Assembly: GCA_905331295.1 (NCBI GenBank)
Contig: CAJNYD010000253.1
Span: 62,001 to 126,000, forward strand
Reading direction: 5' to 3'
Origin: Rotaria socialis
Lineage: Eukaryota
Length of the DNA stretch: 64,000 bases
The position numbers and the translations under genes are program-made. Below are positions 1 to 13,228 of this stretch, one piece after another (the stretch's first letter is position 1; every line of letters starts with the position of its first letter). The notes under the pieces were generated by a model. The model did not search any database. It was not told the origin of the DNA and saw only the letters and a list, made by a program, of their open reading frames with translations.

Positions 1-1494
1 TTTGTGTCTGATATTTTTGTTCTTTGAAAAAATAGTGAGTCTTGTGTAACAGATGGCGTTACACGACGAGACTATCTGATCGAGGATTATACTATTATAA
101 CAGTTACTGATGCAACCAATTGTTTAATATGGCATCAAACCAGTGGCGACGGAGTCGCTGAGGATCACGGAATTTTGAACGTGACATCCTACGAGAGTAC
201 ATCGTATCCTAACCTCTGTGCACATGTGCATGGATGTTCCGAGTACAAGGTGACTTCCTCACTAATAAAAACTTGCCATATGATACTGATTGGCAAATAT
301 AGGGTTTTTTATGCTTTATGGGGAGCCTAATAGCATAGATGCCCATCGTAGTGTTGTCAACTTAAACGATCTCATAAAATTTCGGTAAACAGTTGGGTTT
401 TTCAAATAGTCATTGAAGGTGTGACTGCTTTGGTGGCATCTTTTGAATTCAATGTGAGGACATTTTATTTTCCAAAAACTACAAGACAAGTAGTGTTTTT
501 CGAAATGCGCAAAAACTATCATCCGCGGAAATTTCATGACTGCAAGAGTGGCGTAAGCAATTGTATAAATCCTAAAACTTTTTCTTTTTAAAAGTTCGGT
601 TTTTTTCGGAAAGCTTCATTTTTTGAGCAGATGCCACTAGCATGGGTGTCTGCGATATTGAAAACCTGACGACAAATTGTGTTGCGCTTCGGACAATTTT
701 ATGTAGTTGTATCAAAATTCGACTTTTTTGCATCGGACTTCGTTAGATGAAATAAAGCTTTTCGTGCATTCTATTTTCGAAAAAAAGTGAGTACTAGCTT
801 TGATGCGGAAGTTGTTTGGCTCAGAATCTTACCAATCTTAGGATACTTCTGTACTTGCGATAGTTTGTGACGTAAGAACGAACAAATGAAACTGCATTTT
901 GAAACTTTTAGTCATATCTCGCTTCATCAGTTTTGTTTTGTTGATTTACTGGAGTTGAAAAACACATTTGCTTGCTGCTAGAATAAACTTTTGATCGTAG
1001 AACTTCGACTGGCGGGACTCTATAAACCTCACTTAGATTCAAGACACTCTGCCGCCCCGATCACTTTTTAACAATACAATGCTGATAGTTCAAACATGAA
1101 TGTGCTAGTTATAAATTTTGTGGGTGTAAGTCGTTTTTTCAACGACACATTCATCCTCGTTCTATAGTCTGAATAATATCGGCTGACTAGAAAGAACAAC
1201 GATGGATGTGTGCCACAATAGATTATGGGAAAAGAACGATAGCATATACACACGTATGAAGAGAAATATACGAAGTAAAACACATGTGTACCAACGATAA
1301 GCATAAGGAACGTGCAGTAGTAGAAGGTATCCAAAAAATGTGTTTCCAGTAAATGAGATGAAAGAAAGCTACGTTGAAAATGCGAAGCAAGTTTAGAAAT
1401 GAAGTCTTATTCGAGTTTGTCAGAAGAGTTGGTTCGATCCTAGCTTTGGGCAAGTTCAAGATAATTTGATTACGACTTTTTAAACTCGATTTGC

Positions 1495-2412
1495 TTATTT
1501 GTTTTTGTTAGTTGTAGCCGATGGTTGTTGCAATTCAATGGCAGAATCGGCCACTTTATTAGATTTAGATGTTGTCGTGTTTTCCGGAAGCTCTGCTGCA
1601 ACTATACGAATCATATGTGTTTTCAATGACAAAATTAAAAGCACCATCATAAACACAATGGATGCTGCGCAGCCCAAAACTGCCATCGTCAATCCTGTAA
1701 CACCAACCTCGCTGGCACTAAGAAATGCTAAAGCAATAATTGGAGTACTAAATCCAAGACCAGTAATGGTCCATGCAAGATACGAACGGAAACAGCATAT
1801 CATAGTCGTTTCACAGGGGCATCGGTAGCTATAGAGTAACAGTCGTAAGTACAAGTTGACGACCCAATTGAATACTTGGATAAGTCCAGCGCACAGTCCA
1901 ATTTGTTCAAGAATTTCAAGAGTCGAGATTCCTTTCTTAAACCATTTGTAGCAAGTGGCGCTGCCCAGATATGTTGGAATCAAAGTTTCAGATGAATTGC
2001 AGTGGAAGTATCCGTTATTACCAGATGTTGAATAACAGTCCATATCGCCATCTTCTGGACATTTTTCATTTGGAGAAAGATAAATAACATTTAAAATTAT
2101 ACCATCGACGAAGACGATCAGTGTCACTCCAATGACAACGGCAGCTGTAAGACTCAGACAAATGCGAGCTATTATCGAAAAGAATTGCTTCCCTCTCTTC
2201 AATTCAAAAGGTACTCCGTATACATTGAGTGTTTCATGTTGCTCGTCGTCTTTTGACGGAATGTACTCAATACCAAACATAGTGTTAATTAAGGCGTAGA
2301 ACGTCTGGGGACAGCCGATCAATAGTACACTGGTGAAAAGTAGAGAAAAGCTTATTAGGCCAAAAGAAATCCCGAAATTTGCATCAAAATATTTTGAATA
2401 ATTCCACTCCAT
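1495..2412 (-). CDS. Uncharacterised ~5-TM membrane protein with Cys-rich loop (pair A, copy 1)
   Basis: Intronless ORF. ATG of MEWNYSKYF at 2412 (the track start at 2430 is a TTG). About five hydrophobic segments; loop CPEDGDMDC...C...CYKW...ILEQIGLC. Close paralog at 11230-12114 with alignable flanks. Confidence 0.85.
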   Translation of the reverse strand: MEWNYSKYFDANFGISFGLISFSLLFTSVLLIGCPQTFYALINTMFGIEYIPSKDDEQHETLNVYGVPFELKRGKQFFSIIARICLSLTAAVVIGVTLIVFVDGIILNVIYLSPNEKCPEDGDMDCYSTSGNNGYFHCNSSETLIPTYLGSATCYKWFKKGISTLEILEQIGLCAGLIQVFNWVVNLYLRLLLYSYRCPCETTMICCFRSYLAWTITGLGFSTPIIALAFLSASEVGVTGLTMAVLGCAASIVFMMVLLILSLKTHMIRIVAAELPENTTTSKSNKVADSAIELQQPSATTNKNK

Positions 2413-5304
2413 CTTTCGTGCTGGTTCCAAGCCGAAGATTCAGAAGTCACGATTTTAGTATAAAATAAACGGATAAATAAAACTCAATGCAGTTTAGTAC
2501 TGAACGGAACCAGTATTCTATGGTTGTAGCTAGAGAATTGAGTAGTAGAATGCCGATGAAGAAGAAGAAGATAAAAAGAGTAGAAGGAGAATGTTGTTGA
2601 GTATGAAATTTAAAAGAAGCAGAAAATGAAGGTGATACGTGCTTTTCGTTTTTCTTATCTTAATCTGTATGTCAAAGAGATGGAAGGTTGTTATCTTTTC
2701 AAGAGAAAACAAAACACAAGAGCTCACCTTGAAAGATCTCTTGCAAAGCTATATAGTAGAAATGTATCACTCCCAAATCCCACCAGAAATTCCATCTTAG
2801 AATTCAAGCTTTAGAAAAATGTGGGTGTCGGTGTGGGTTTAGAAGGAGACATTCCTACTTACACCCACCCGTCACATATGGTGACAGACGTCGGCATAGT
2901 ACTATCAGAAGCTACGTATAATCTAAATCGAGTTAAAATATCTCTGGAATATTTCCTTGTTGAAGTTCTATGGCAAAAAGTAAGGAATAATGACGACGTA
3001 TGCCCGGATTTACATAAAAAGACGACTTTCTAGAGAATTAGTAGCAATAGGTATATCATATTTCACCTTTTAATCTCGCAGAGATTGCGCTAGCAGCTTT
3101 TTTGTGACTATTATTGTCGGAAAGAAAGCATTCTTTTGAGCTGAAACTTTCGCGGCGTCCTATTCACCAATAGATTTGTCTGTGAGTAAAAACTTAGATC
3201 GAAATATCGTCATTCGACTTCTTGGACGTATACCATGCTATAGGCTAAAATTCCAGTGAAATGGTTATAAGTCTGAACAAAAGGTCTAAGAGCATCTCTC
3301 CATTTGGAGTTTTTCGAATCTCGTCAACATCTACTTTATGCACCCAGTTCAATTTGAAAACTGATTAGACGGTTGAAAACGTTCTCTCGTAAGAAAGATA
3401 ATCTCATTTGATCGTATTTATAAAGAAATATATTTCCTTTGAATGAATTTATCGCAATGATCTGATCTGGAAGATAGTGTGCGAACTTCTATTATTGCCT
3501 CTTAAACTCTATAAACATATCGTTTCGTATGATTTTAGTTATTTAATACACAATGTTGTGTGTCGAAGGACAAAAAAAATCGTATTTAAAATCTCTTCTT
3601 CACCACTAGTTCAAATAGATATGTTATTCAATATACAAACATCATATTAATAATGTACGTCAGAATCGAATGGAACAGTGGTACTAAAGAGGGTACTTAT
3701 TTGCACGATATACTTTGCTTTTCCATAAATATAACTACATACACGAAGTTGATAAAAATTCATTTTATTGTTCGAATATCGAAATTCTTCATTTTCGGTC
3801 ATTCTCTTAAATTAGAATAGATAAGTCCTCAATAAATAATTACTAAAGTTCGACTCGCTAAGAAATACAATTACAATGAAATATTACTTTATGACATCTA
3901 TTGTATCATTTGTGAATGTTATTCGGTGTAATAAACAAATTTTTCGTTCTATCATACATATCTTCATTTTTCAACTAGTCAACCTAGAAACGTATATTAA
4001 CGATTAATTTTCATATTTATTCGAAAGGAAACTATATTCAAAATCAAGATATCTGTTTAAAAAATAAATTCTACCACCATAAATACAATTTTCGATTAAT
4101 AACTTTCAGAGTATAACCATGAAGAAGTTTTCTTGATTTAATTAAAGTTTTCAATGTTGTCGTCAGATCATTAAGTTGCTTTGAAATACACAAGCAGGGA
4201 ACGGGAGAATCGATCTCAAAAGAAGCTTCATTGGAAGGAAGACGGTAATGATCCATAAATTGGATCGCCTTCGATACTTTTTTTCTGATCAATTAAAGTT
4301 ACATTAAAAAAGTACTACTTATGAAGAAACGATCCAAAACGTTGAGGTTTCAAAAAGCATCTAAAGATAGAGAATGCCACTTCGATCTATCAGCAGAATT
4401 TGATATTGAATTTGTATTCGTCTCCCAAAAAATGGCTTGTCATCGACTAAATATTCTTCAAAATGGTCATATTTTAATGTCAAAGATCCAGACAAGCAAA
4501 TTAACTTAAAGTTAGTCTGATATGGTTGTTGTGTATTTACGTTACATAGATGGGATCAAAAGAGATTGAAAATTTTGGAACCTTCGATCACTGGAGATTT
4601 ACATCATATGTTTTGTATGAGAATTTTCTAGATAATCCTTTGTTCAAACTTGAGATTTGCAAACTTTCGAGTTACATTATGCTAAGACGAAGACGATAGA
4701 GTGATATTTTTATTATGTGTGCCATATAAAATTTTGCTCGATCTCTTTATTCAATTCAAGGAACTACAACTAATGTCGAACGTCAACTTCTGACGAATTG
4801 AATTTGATGCATTGAAAAGTAAACAAGGCATTGTTTATACGTATATTTAAAAAAAGATAAAACAAAATTGTAAATTTAGTTGAAAAAAATGCGTGTAAAA
4901 AGATCTCTTTTGATGAAAATAGCGATTGAAATTGAAGTCAAAGTTTTTGTGGGTCCTCTCTTTTGTGTTACGGACGTCACCAACCGAGGACAAGAACGTC
5001 TGACTTCTTTCACAAATTTCTCATTAACGGAAAAGACAATGTACACTTTTCTGGAATATTTGAATGATCGGAATACATTGGTGAATGTTCAAAATAGTAC
5101 TACCATGAAAGAAAAAAAAACAATTAAGGGTTCTCATGTCGCTGAATCCCTATATTTTGTACCGCATGAGTCACTTCAATAACTAAAAACAATATCAAAT
5201 TTTCGAGAGCAAATCATAAGTCAAAAAGTTTTCAATTCATTCATTATGAAAGAATAATTGAAACTGTACTATTAATTTTACATTAACTGTAATCATTTAT
5301 TTAC

Positions 5305-6132
5305 CTGATTTTTAAGATAGGTGTTAATCTTGATAATATATCTTTAATAGGTGGTGCTATATTAGCCATACAAATAACATTAAGAATTCCTAAACAAAAC
5401 AGAAAGCGTATTTCAGATGCAATCATTCGTTTTATCTTTTTTCGTGTTAAATAAAATAATTCTTATCTTTTAACTCACCAAGAATACTTTCTAAAACTTG
5501 CGGATATTCTTCACCAATGCATCCATATAAAATAAGTCCTAATTGTCCCATTAACTTTTCTTCTGAATATAATTTTAATAAAAATAGCTGTTTTTCTGTT
5601 TAAGATCAGCTACTTGTTGTCATATCTTAGCTGCTTCAATATTTAAACGTCATAATATTCTACCACATACTTGTGGTAAATATGCTATACAACCTTTTCG
5701 TATTGAATTAACAACAATACCCGCACCCATTTAGCATAACTTTGTCTTCTATTGTTTGTTTTTGAAATCCATTTAATATACCATTAATTAATTGCTCTTC
5801 TAAACGTGAACCAATGTCCAATGAATCTAAATTTGCAATTTTTTCTTCAATTTTTTGAATAACCATTCTACGCTATTGCCCAGATTCATCTTTGAAATCA
5901 TCAACAATACGATTAATTATTTCCAGTGAGTCAACTTTCTTTGCCATTCCCACAGTTGTATCAAGTTATTGTCGATAATTACGCCGATCTTATCCAAGAA
6001 TATTAAAAAAAAATTGGTCAAATTTCTTCTATCTGTTTAGTCTCAACATCATCAGTCGCCGCACATTGTTAAACAAGTTTAAGAACAATTTTTTTCATTT
6101 CTTCATCCTGTAATTGAAAGTCATGAATTAAT
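5305..6132 (-). pseudogene. SF3B1: SF3B1 (splicing factor 3B subunit 1) HEAT-repeat pseudogene fragment
   Basis: Manual minus-strand translation gives [90 protein letters not shown] and PPIKDILSRLTPILK, collinear with conserved SF3B1 sequence. Several stops and frameshifts. An intron remnant (~5390-5466) has its donor changed to ATAAG. Confidence 0.9.
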
Positions 6133-6880
6133 ATAGGGTCAAAAATGCTTTGAAGTTTTCCTCCGTTAACCACCAAAATTCATTTTTTATGGCTGGAATT
6201 TATCGTAACAACTAGAAGCAAACTGGAGAGTATGTTCTGTTTTTTCCTTGAAAATATCGGCTTGTTCACCTAGAAAAACTAAAATATTGGAAATGCTGTC
6301 ACAAAAACATGTTTTTTTCCTAGAGTGAATTTTATAAGATCTGCCAAAAAAACAACCTGACATTACTTTAAGAAATATATACATACATAAACCGCGATTC
6401 GCTTCTAGTTGCTATAGAGAAACTTTATAATTAAGCTCAGTCGATTGCACTCATCTGAAGAAAAAGAAGAGGGAAATTTTCAATTTTTCCCTAGAAAGAG
6501 TTGATTTAAAAGAAAACGTACAACACCGATAAAAGCCATTCTTTTTGGATATTTCAAATTTCAAATATTTTCATCTATAGCTGTCAATCGATGAGCTTAC
6601 AAACCAACTACGAGGATGTATCTCTAACACTCGACTATCTTTTTAAACAGACAAACGGTTCGAAATAGAAAAACGTGAATTTTCGACGTCAACTAACGAG
6701 TGGATCCCCTTAAGAGAGAGAGTCGAGAAAAACATTTAGATCAAAGAAGCAGCATGAGTAAAAACAACTTTTCTTTTTATTTAAAATAAAATGAAAGACA
6801 ATGCAAGATTGAAAATCATGGGCCTAACACATTACAATAAGTAGATATTGCATTACGTAAATATCACGTTGTTCAAGCAT

Positions 6881-7188
6881 CCCAGGTCGATCAAAGTGGA
6901 CCACCGTAAATCGGCGTAACATTACCGTAAACGGCCGTTTTTGCACCGTATTCCATCGTAAAATGGCCGTTTTAAGCCGAATTAAGGCGTTTTAACAGGG
7001 GCAGTATTACGGCCATACACGGACACCGTATATCAGCCGTAAAACCTCGTAAAGCCGGCGTAATCTTATTGTATTCTATAGAGCATACGGTCGTATTACT
7101 GCCCCTGTTATATGGGGAAAATACGGCACGTAAAACGGGCCGTATGTATCGTATACGACCGTTTACTTATCGTTTTCTTCGACCGGGG
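6881..7188. mobile_element. MITE with CCCAGGTCGA termini and 2-bp TSD (AT)
   Basis: CCCAGGTCGA at 6881 and TCGACCGGGG at 7179-7188, with AT on both sides. Interior is made of CCGTA/TACGG-type repeats. Same termini as the 15802-19337 element. Confidence 0.7.
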
Positions 7189-7997
7189 ATTTAGTTTAGT
7201 AATTTCTTTGATTGTCGCATGATATTCTTCTTGAGATATTAAATCTTGTTGCCATTTTGTAGTTAAATATGAGACTTGATCAATAATTTCTTGCTTATTA
7301 TCCTGTCAATGAGAAAAAAGGGTATAATTCATTAGAAATGTGACACAAGAAAATCATAAGATTTCTATTAAGTAAGCACCTCTTTTTCAGCCATTGATTT
7401 TATTTTTTCTTTCAATTGGATGAGTATGTGAATGAATAACAGCTGTCAGTAAGAATGATGAATAGAAAGCAGGAAAAAAAGACGGACATATTTATACAGT
7501 GTGCAGACAAGCGTCAATCGTGTTCATTTTATTTTGAGAGAGAGAACGAGAATAATACAATAGTCAATTTATGTAACACAGCCGTCTGACATGATACATG
7601 TGCGATCACTACATCCTACTAGCAAAATTTTGTTTGTTCTATTCGCTATGTCTAATCATATAGACGAGAAATCACATTTATATGTACTGTAATTCTATTC
7701 AATTTAAAAGGTCATTGAGGACATTTTAAAAAATGAATACAAAAATATGAATTACAATCAATATAACAATATGCCAAGCAGCGAAAAAGATAAATTATGT
7801 GATGGTCCCAATTTCAAATCAACGATGAACCAGGCTGATCAAAATCAACATAGTAGATCGCAACCTTAAAAAGAATAGCAGCAAGTGAGGGACAAAGATT
7901 TGGCGGTGACTCAGAGGATGAATATAACAACAGTCAATGGCAGTTTCCAAACTCCAATAAGCATAGACGTACACTAAATCACAATGATAGAGAAGAT

Positions 7998-10099
7998 CGC
8001 AAGGGGGGAAAACTCATTCCGAGCCATTCGAATGGCTAGGAATAGATCAGAATGTATTAGCATGGATCGGAATGGATAGGAATAGCTTTCAATCAATCGC
8101 TATGAATTAGTGCCTTGACGTAGTTCAAACTATGCAAAAACTTTAAAATTCATTAGAAACATGACTATCGCTATTGTCGAAGTGCTCTGACTAAAGGAAG
8201 CCTGTTGAAAATAGTATAATCGTTTTCCAATATGTATCAGACTTTATTCATCTTCATCACATTATGTTGTTACTGACACATATGAACATTTGTCATATTC
8301 ATAATTACAAATAATTACTAACAACGAGATTCATCATTATGTTGATAAAATAATATTTTAATAGAGTCAATTCACGATAGAGCCTCCCAAGCTGACCACC
8401 ACCATAGATTCCAATGAATTTTTGTTCATGGATACTGCACGATGTTCTTTAGTGAAAACATTGCACTATTTTCAGTGCGTAGTACTTTCTTCAAAAGGTA
8501 TACGCATTTTTCAGATTTTCCCCCTTTTCTTTGAATCATCAGAAAGTGAAATAAACAAATTTTGATTCAAAAATTTGTTAATAAATAGATAGACTAAACA
8601 CTAAAGCTCTATGAAACTTTTAGCAATAATAAATGTTCTTTTTAGATATATTCCTTCAAAAAAGCTCGATTATCTAGTGTTTTTGAAAAGGGGCCTATTC
8701 TTCAAAAAGTGGGTTTATTTCGAAGAACACATTTATTATTGCTAAAATTTCCATGGTGTCTTAGTGTTCAGTAGGCCTATGTATTAACAGAATTTCTGAG
8801 CAAAACCCGATTATTTCATTTTCTGGTAACTCAAAAAGAACAGAAAATCTGGAAAATGAGCATCATTTTTCAAGAAAGTGCTATGCATTGAAAGTCTTTT
8901 GATGTTTTTACTATAACATCGTGCAGTATCATGGACGAAAGTTCATTGGAATCCGCGGCGTTCATCTTAAGAAACTCACTTTAGTTAGTACTTTCACAAA
9001 AAAGTACTTTTTCGATTTAATATGCATAGATAAATACATTAGTTATTGTAAAGAGCAACATAGACAAAGTGTTTAGAAAATTAATTTCAAGCATAAAGGA
9101 AAACAGATAGTAAAGAATTCTACTGGTTGCTCAGCTCGGTGACTATTTAAATAATACTACTAGATGTTTTTTTCCGAATTAACCGAATACTATTGAAATC
9201 AAATTGAAAATGTAAAAAATTCATGTAACTACTCTGCTTTATATGATTTTTTTTATCCTTGAAAGTTACTTGAATATTATAGAAAAATAGTCATTCGATA
9301 TGTATAAATGGGTATGATTTAGAATAATTCAAAATCACGGATATTGCACGCTGCCAATGTTAGATGAGAGCAAGATTTTCAACGGCTTAAGTGATTGATC
9401 AGAGGATTCTTACAAAATTAGTCAGAGTTAAGGAGAGTTCCCAATTTTTTTGAAAATTGGTCATCAAAAAGATACAATCACTTTGTTCAAGAAAAACAAA
9501 ATGTTTTTCGGGACCTAGGTATCAAATCCCTGCTGTACGTTTAGAGTAAAAGTACTCCACATCTCAAATGAATTTTTCCATTTCATTCATATTTTTTATG
9601 AGCTTGAATTCGGATAATGCGTAGTTTTCAATCAATGAAATTTTTTGATTTTCAATGATTAATACCACTACTTGTGAATATGCGTTAACTAAGTTTAACA
9701 TTATGCAAATCGACTTCAATGAAAAGCGATAACCTTTAAAAAATGACAAGGTACTAAAGCCAGATACAGTAATTTATGAAAGATAACACTACATGAGAGT
9801 AGGGGTGGGCCATTTACATTATTTTAAAATTAAGTTCAATATCATCAATGAGCAATAAATTACAGGTATGAAGTGTCAAGAAGAAGAAAAACTGAAGTTT
9901 CATGTTAACTGACACTTCTTCAAAGTCTCATTTAGAAAAATCGTTCATCCCTATTTGAGAAAATTTTAGAATAGCTAGGAATATATTGCAATGATTGCGA
10001 ATGGATAGGAATGACTGGGAATGGATAGGAATGGATAGGACTGGTTGGGAGTGGCTAGGAACACCAGGGAATGCCCGAATGAGTTTTTTCCCCATTGGG
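7998..10099. mobile_element. Non-autonomous TIR element with GGAATGGATA subterminal repeats
   Basis: Left end CGCAAGGGGGGAAAACTCATTC versus right end GAATGAGTTTTTTCCCCATTGGG (imperfect inverted). GGAATGGATAGGAAT repeats near both ends. No long ORF. Confidence 0.6.
8407..8953. repeat. Imperfect ~550-bp palindrome (foldback MITE) nested in the 7998-10099 element
   Basis: GATTCCAATGAA...GATACTGCACGATG on the left mirrors CATCGTGCAGTATC...TTCATTGGAATC on the right. The arms align inward to about 8690-8700. Confidence 0.7.
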
Positions 10100-11229
10100 A
10101 GTTACACTATGCTACCTACGACCTCACACGAAATTGATATCAGAGCACATAACTGAACAACTGATATACGACTTGAAAATACAATTGTAAATTTCACAAT
10201 CACAGCGTATATCTGTCATCTGCGGAGCATTTAAAATTATAGGTAGGAAGCAATCATGATACGTGCATATGTGTTGAAAATTTTAAACTATCGGTAGGGT
10301 AGAAAGTAAATATCTTATTTCTTTTGGAAAAATCAGATATCAGCGATCAGATATTTCGTGAAAACTGGTACCGATTAGAGGTTTGCCATGACCTCATGCT
10401 GAACGCATATTACTTTTAATAGTATAATTTTTGTAAAAATCCGTTTTGATCGTGAATGATTAAAACAAAATGCTGTTATATGAAACTATGTTAACAAAAA
10501 CACAATACTAATACATACTTTCCCATTAATCTTTGATAAAGTTTATAAGTATAGACTTTATATCGTATTTCAACAGTCAATTTTTTATCAAATTTGATAT
10601 TTATCAAATAAGCTCGTTTTATCACGTGTTTATGACTCGATGGAAAAACTATTCATTAGTCAGACAAGTGTAAATTTGTTCACTTTAGGATAAAATTATT
10701 TTCTAATTTTCGAAAACCTTCAAAGACTGAAAAAATAATCTTCATGGAAAGATCATAATGTTCATATTAATTTTAGATGTTCGACGACTATTCATCGTAG
10801 GTACTTCGTGTTCTAATATTCTTCTTAGTAGTTATTCGTTAGGGTTCGATGAATCGAAAATAAAGCATCTACATGGGAAAATTCTTTTTGATTTTCATTC
10901 AATCGAGTCAAATCTTTCGATTGGTCAAAGAATGCATATACACATATAAAGAGAAAAATCCGCGTATAAGTGAGAAATACAGGACGTATAAGAACTATGT
11001 AAAGACCAACTGGCCTGTAACAGAAGTCATACAAAAAACATGTTTACAGCAATAAATGAGACAAGAGTAAGGTAAATTGATAATCTAAAGCAAGTCTAGA
11101 GAGAAATTCTTATTTGTTCTTTTCACACGTGATGGACTTGTCAAAGGTTTTGTCAAGTCACAAATGATTCATGATCACATTTTGAACTGGATTTACAAAT
11201 TTCTGTTTGTCAGTTTCAGCCTATGGTTG

Positions 11230-12114
11230 TTATAGCTGAACGGAAATAACAGCCACTTCATTAGATTTTAGTACAACTTTTTGATTTGAAATTTCTGCTG
11301 CTCTCACAAAATATGCATTTATTTTCCATGCCCAAATTAAAATCAACATCATAAGAACAATGAACGATGTGCAGCTCAAGACGGCCATTGTCAATCCTGT
11401 AACGCCAACTTCGCGGGCACCTAGAATTCCTAAAGCAATTAATGGGCCCAAAAATGCAAAAGTAGTACTGATCCAAGCAAGATACATATGACTACAGCAT
11501 GAAATAGTCGTTTGAGTACAGCACGTGTAACTATAGAGTAACAGTCGTAAGTACAAGTTCACGATCCAATTGAATACTTGAATAAGTCCAGCACACAGTC
11601 CGATTTGTTCAAGAATTTCAAGAGTCGAGATCCCTTTCTTAAACCATCGGTAGCAAGTGACGCTGCCCAGAGACGTCGGAATAAAAGTGTCAGATGAATT
11701 GCAGTAGAAGTAGCTGTTATTACCAGATGTCGAATAACAGTCCATATCACTATCTTTTGGACAGTTTTCATTTGGAGGAAGATAAATAACATTTAAAATT
11801 ATACCACCGACGAAGACGATCAGTGTCACTCCAATTACAACACTGGCCGTAACCCCGAGACATACGCGAGGTATTATCCAAAACCATTTCTTCTCTGTTC
11901 TCAATTCAAAAGGTACTCCGTATACAATGAGTGTTTCCGGTTGTTCGTTGCCTTTTGATGGGATATACACAATATCAAACATATTCTTAATTAAAGCATA
12001 GAACACCTGACGACAGAAGACGAATAGTAAACCGGTGAATAATAGAGAAAAACCGACTAGGCCAAACGAAATCCCGAAATTCGTATCAAAATATTTTGAG
12101 TAATTCCACTCCAT
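11230..12114 (-). CDS. Uncharacterised ~5-TM membrane protein with Cys-rich loop (pair A, copy 2)
   Basis: 294-aa intronless ORF. Shares WFKKGISTLEILEQIGLCAGLIQVFNW and many other blocks with 1495-2412. Confidence 0.85.
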   Translation of the reverse strand: MEWNYSKYFDTNFGISFGLVGFSLLFTGLLFVFCRQVFYALIKNMFDIVYIPSKGNEQPETLIVYGVPFELRTEKKWFWIIPRVCLGVTASVVIGVTLIVFVGGIILNVIYLPPNENCPKDSDMDCYSTSGNNSYFYCNSSDTFIPTSLGSVTCYRWFKKGISTLEILEQIGLCAGLIQVFNWIVNLYLRLLLYSYTCCTQTTISCCSHMYLAWISTTFAFLGPLIALGILGAREVGVTGLTMAVLSCTSFIVLMMLILIWAWKINAYFVRAAEISNQKVVLKSNEVAVISVQL

Positions 12115-13228
12115 CTTTTGTGTTGATTCAAAAGCGAAGAGTCAAAGAATTACTTTTTTAGTATAAAATAAATGAATAAATAAAAGTCAGTGTAATTTTG
12201 CCAATGAACAGAGTCAGCATCTCATGAATGTAACTGAAGAATAGTGTAGTAGTAGACTGAGGAAAAAAAGATAAAAAGAGTAGGAGGAGCACTTTATTGA
12301 GGGTGAATTTGAAAAAAACAGAAAGTGAAGTGATATATGCTTTTAATTTTTCTTATCGCTGTGTGGGTGTCACAGAGAGGGAAAGTTGTTATCTCTTGTA
12401 AAGGAAAGAGACGATAAAGATCTCACCTTGAAAACAGGAAAACAGATAATAAAGAGTTTACCTTGAAATTACTACAATTATCCGGTATTTCATTCTTACT
12501 AAAACAGCGTTATCAAGTGGCAGAAGATATTCGTGTTGAAAAATCCAGAACTTTCACGAAAAACTTTGAATCAAAATATAATATTAGAAAAGATACTACA
12601 GATTAAAATCAAAACACGGCACATCATTATTGTTTCTGTAACTTGTTTCTTACGTTTACAGTGAAAGACTTTTCATTACATAAATGTGTGCATAGATTAT
12701 TTCGTTGGTTTTGTTGTTCTATTGATACTCATTTACATTTGGTAGAGATTAAACTGATTAGCTGTTGTTAATCAGCTTATATTGTTTCCTTTCTTTATGT
12801 TATTGTATATGCTTATTGGGAATTTTCTTTATTTTTTGATGTTATACAATGATTTATAAATGAATTTTTTCTTATACATACGAATCATCGATAGATCGAC
12901 TAGTTGCTAGTAGACCGGTCGGTACTGATAAACCGCTCCCGTGCCGACTAGAATTTATTCATAGGAAACATCAGAGACTTGCAAGCGTATAATGTTTCAT
13001 TTGTGGCTATGATTGAGATCTGTATATTGTTCTCAGTACAAAAGTATACTAGATTTCAAGATTATGTTATGGTTCTCTCAAGAGAAGACATGCTAAATGC
13101 CGATATTCCCAACTCGCATCTGAATAGGCTTTTGGTATTCTAAAAACTTGAAAAGTTATTTTTCACTTTCATGAATCTGAAGATTTCAAAAAAAACTCGA
13201 TCTTATAAGCAAAATCAATCAGTCAAAT

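Noticed and set aside
4071..4800. Possible gene or transposase remnants
   Set aside because: Protein-like stretches, but no motif I can recognise and no consistent exon structure.
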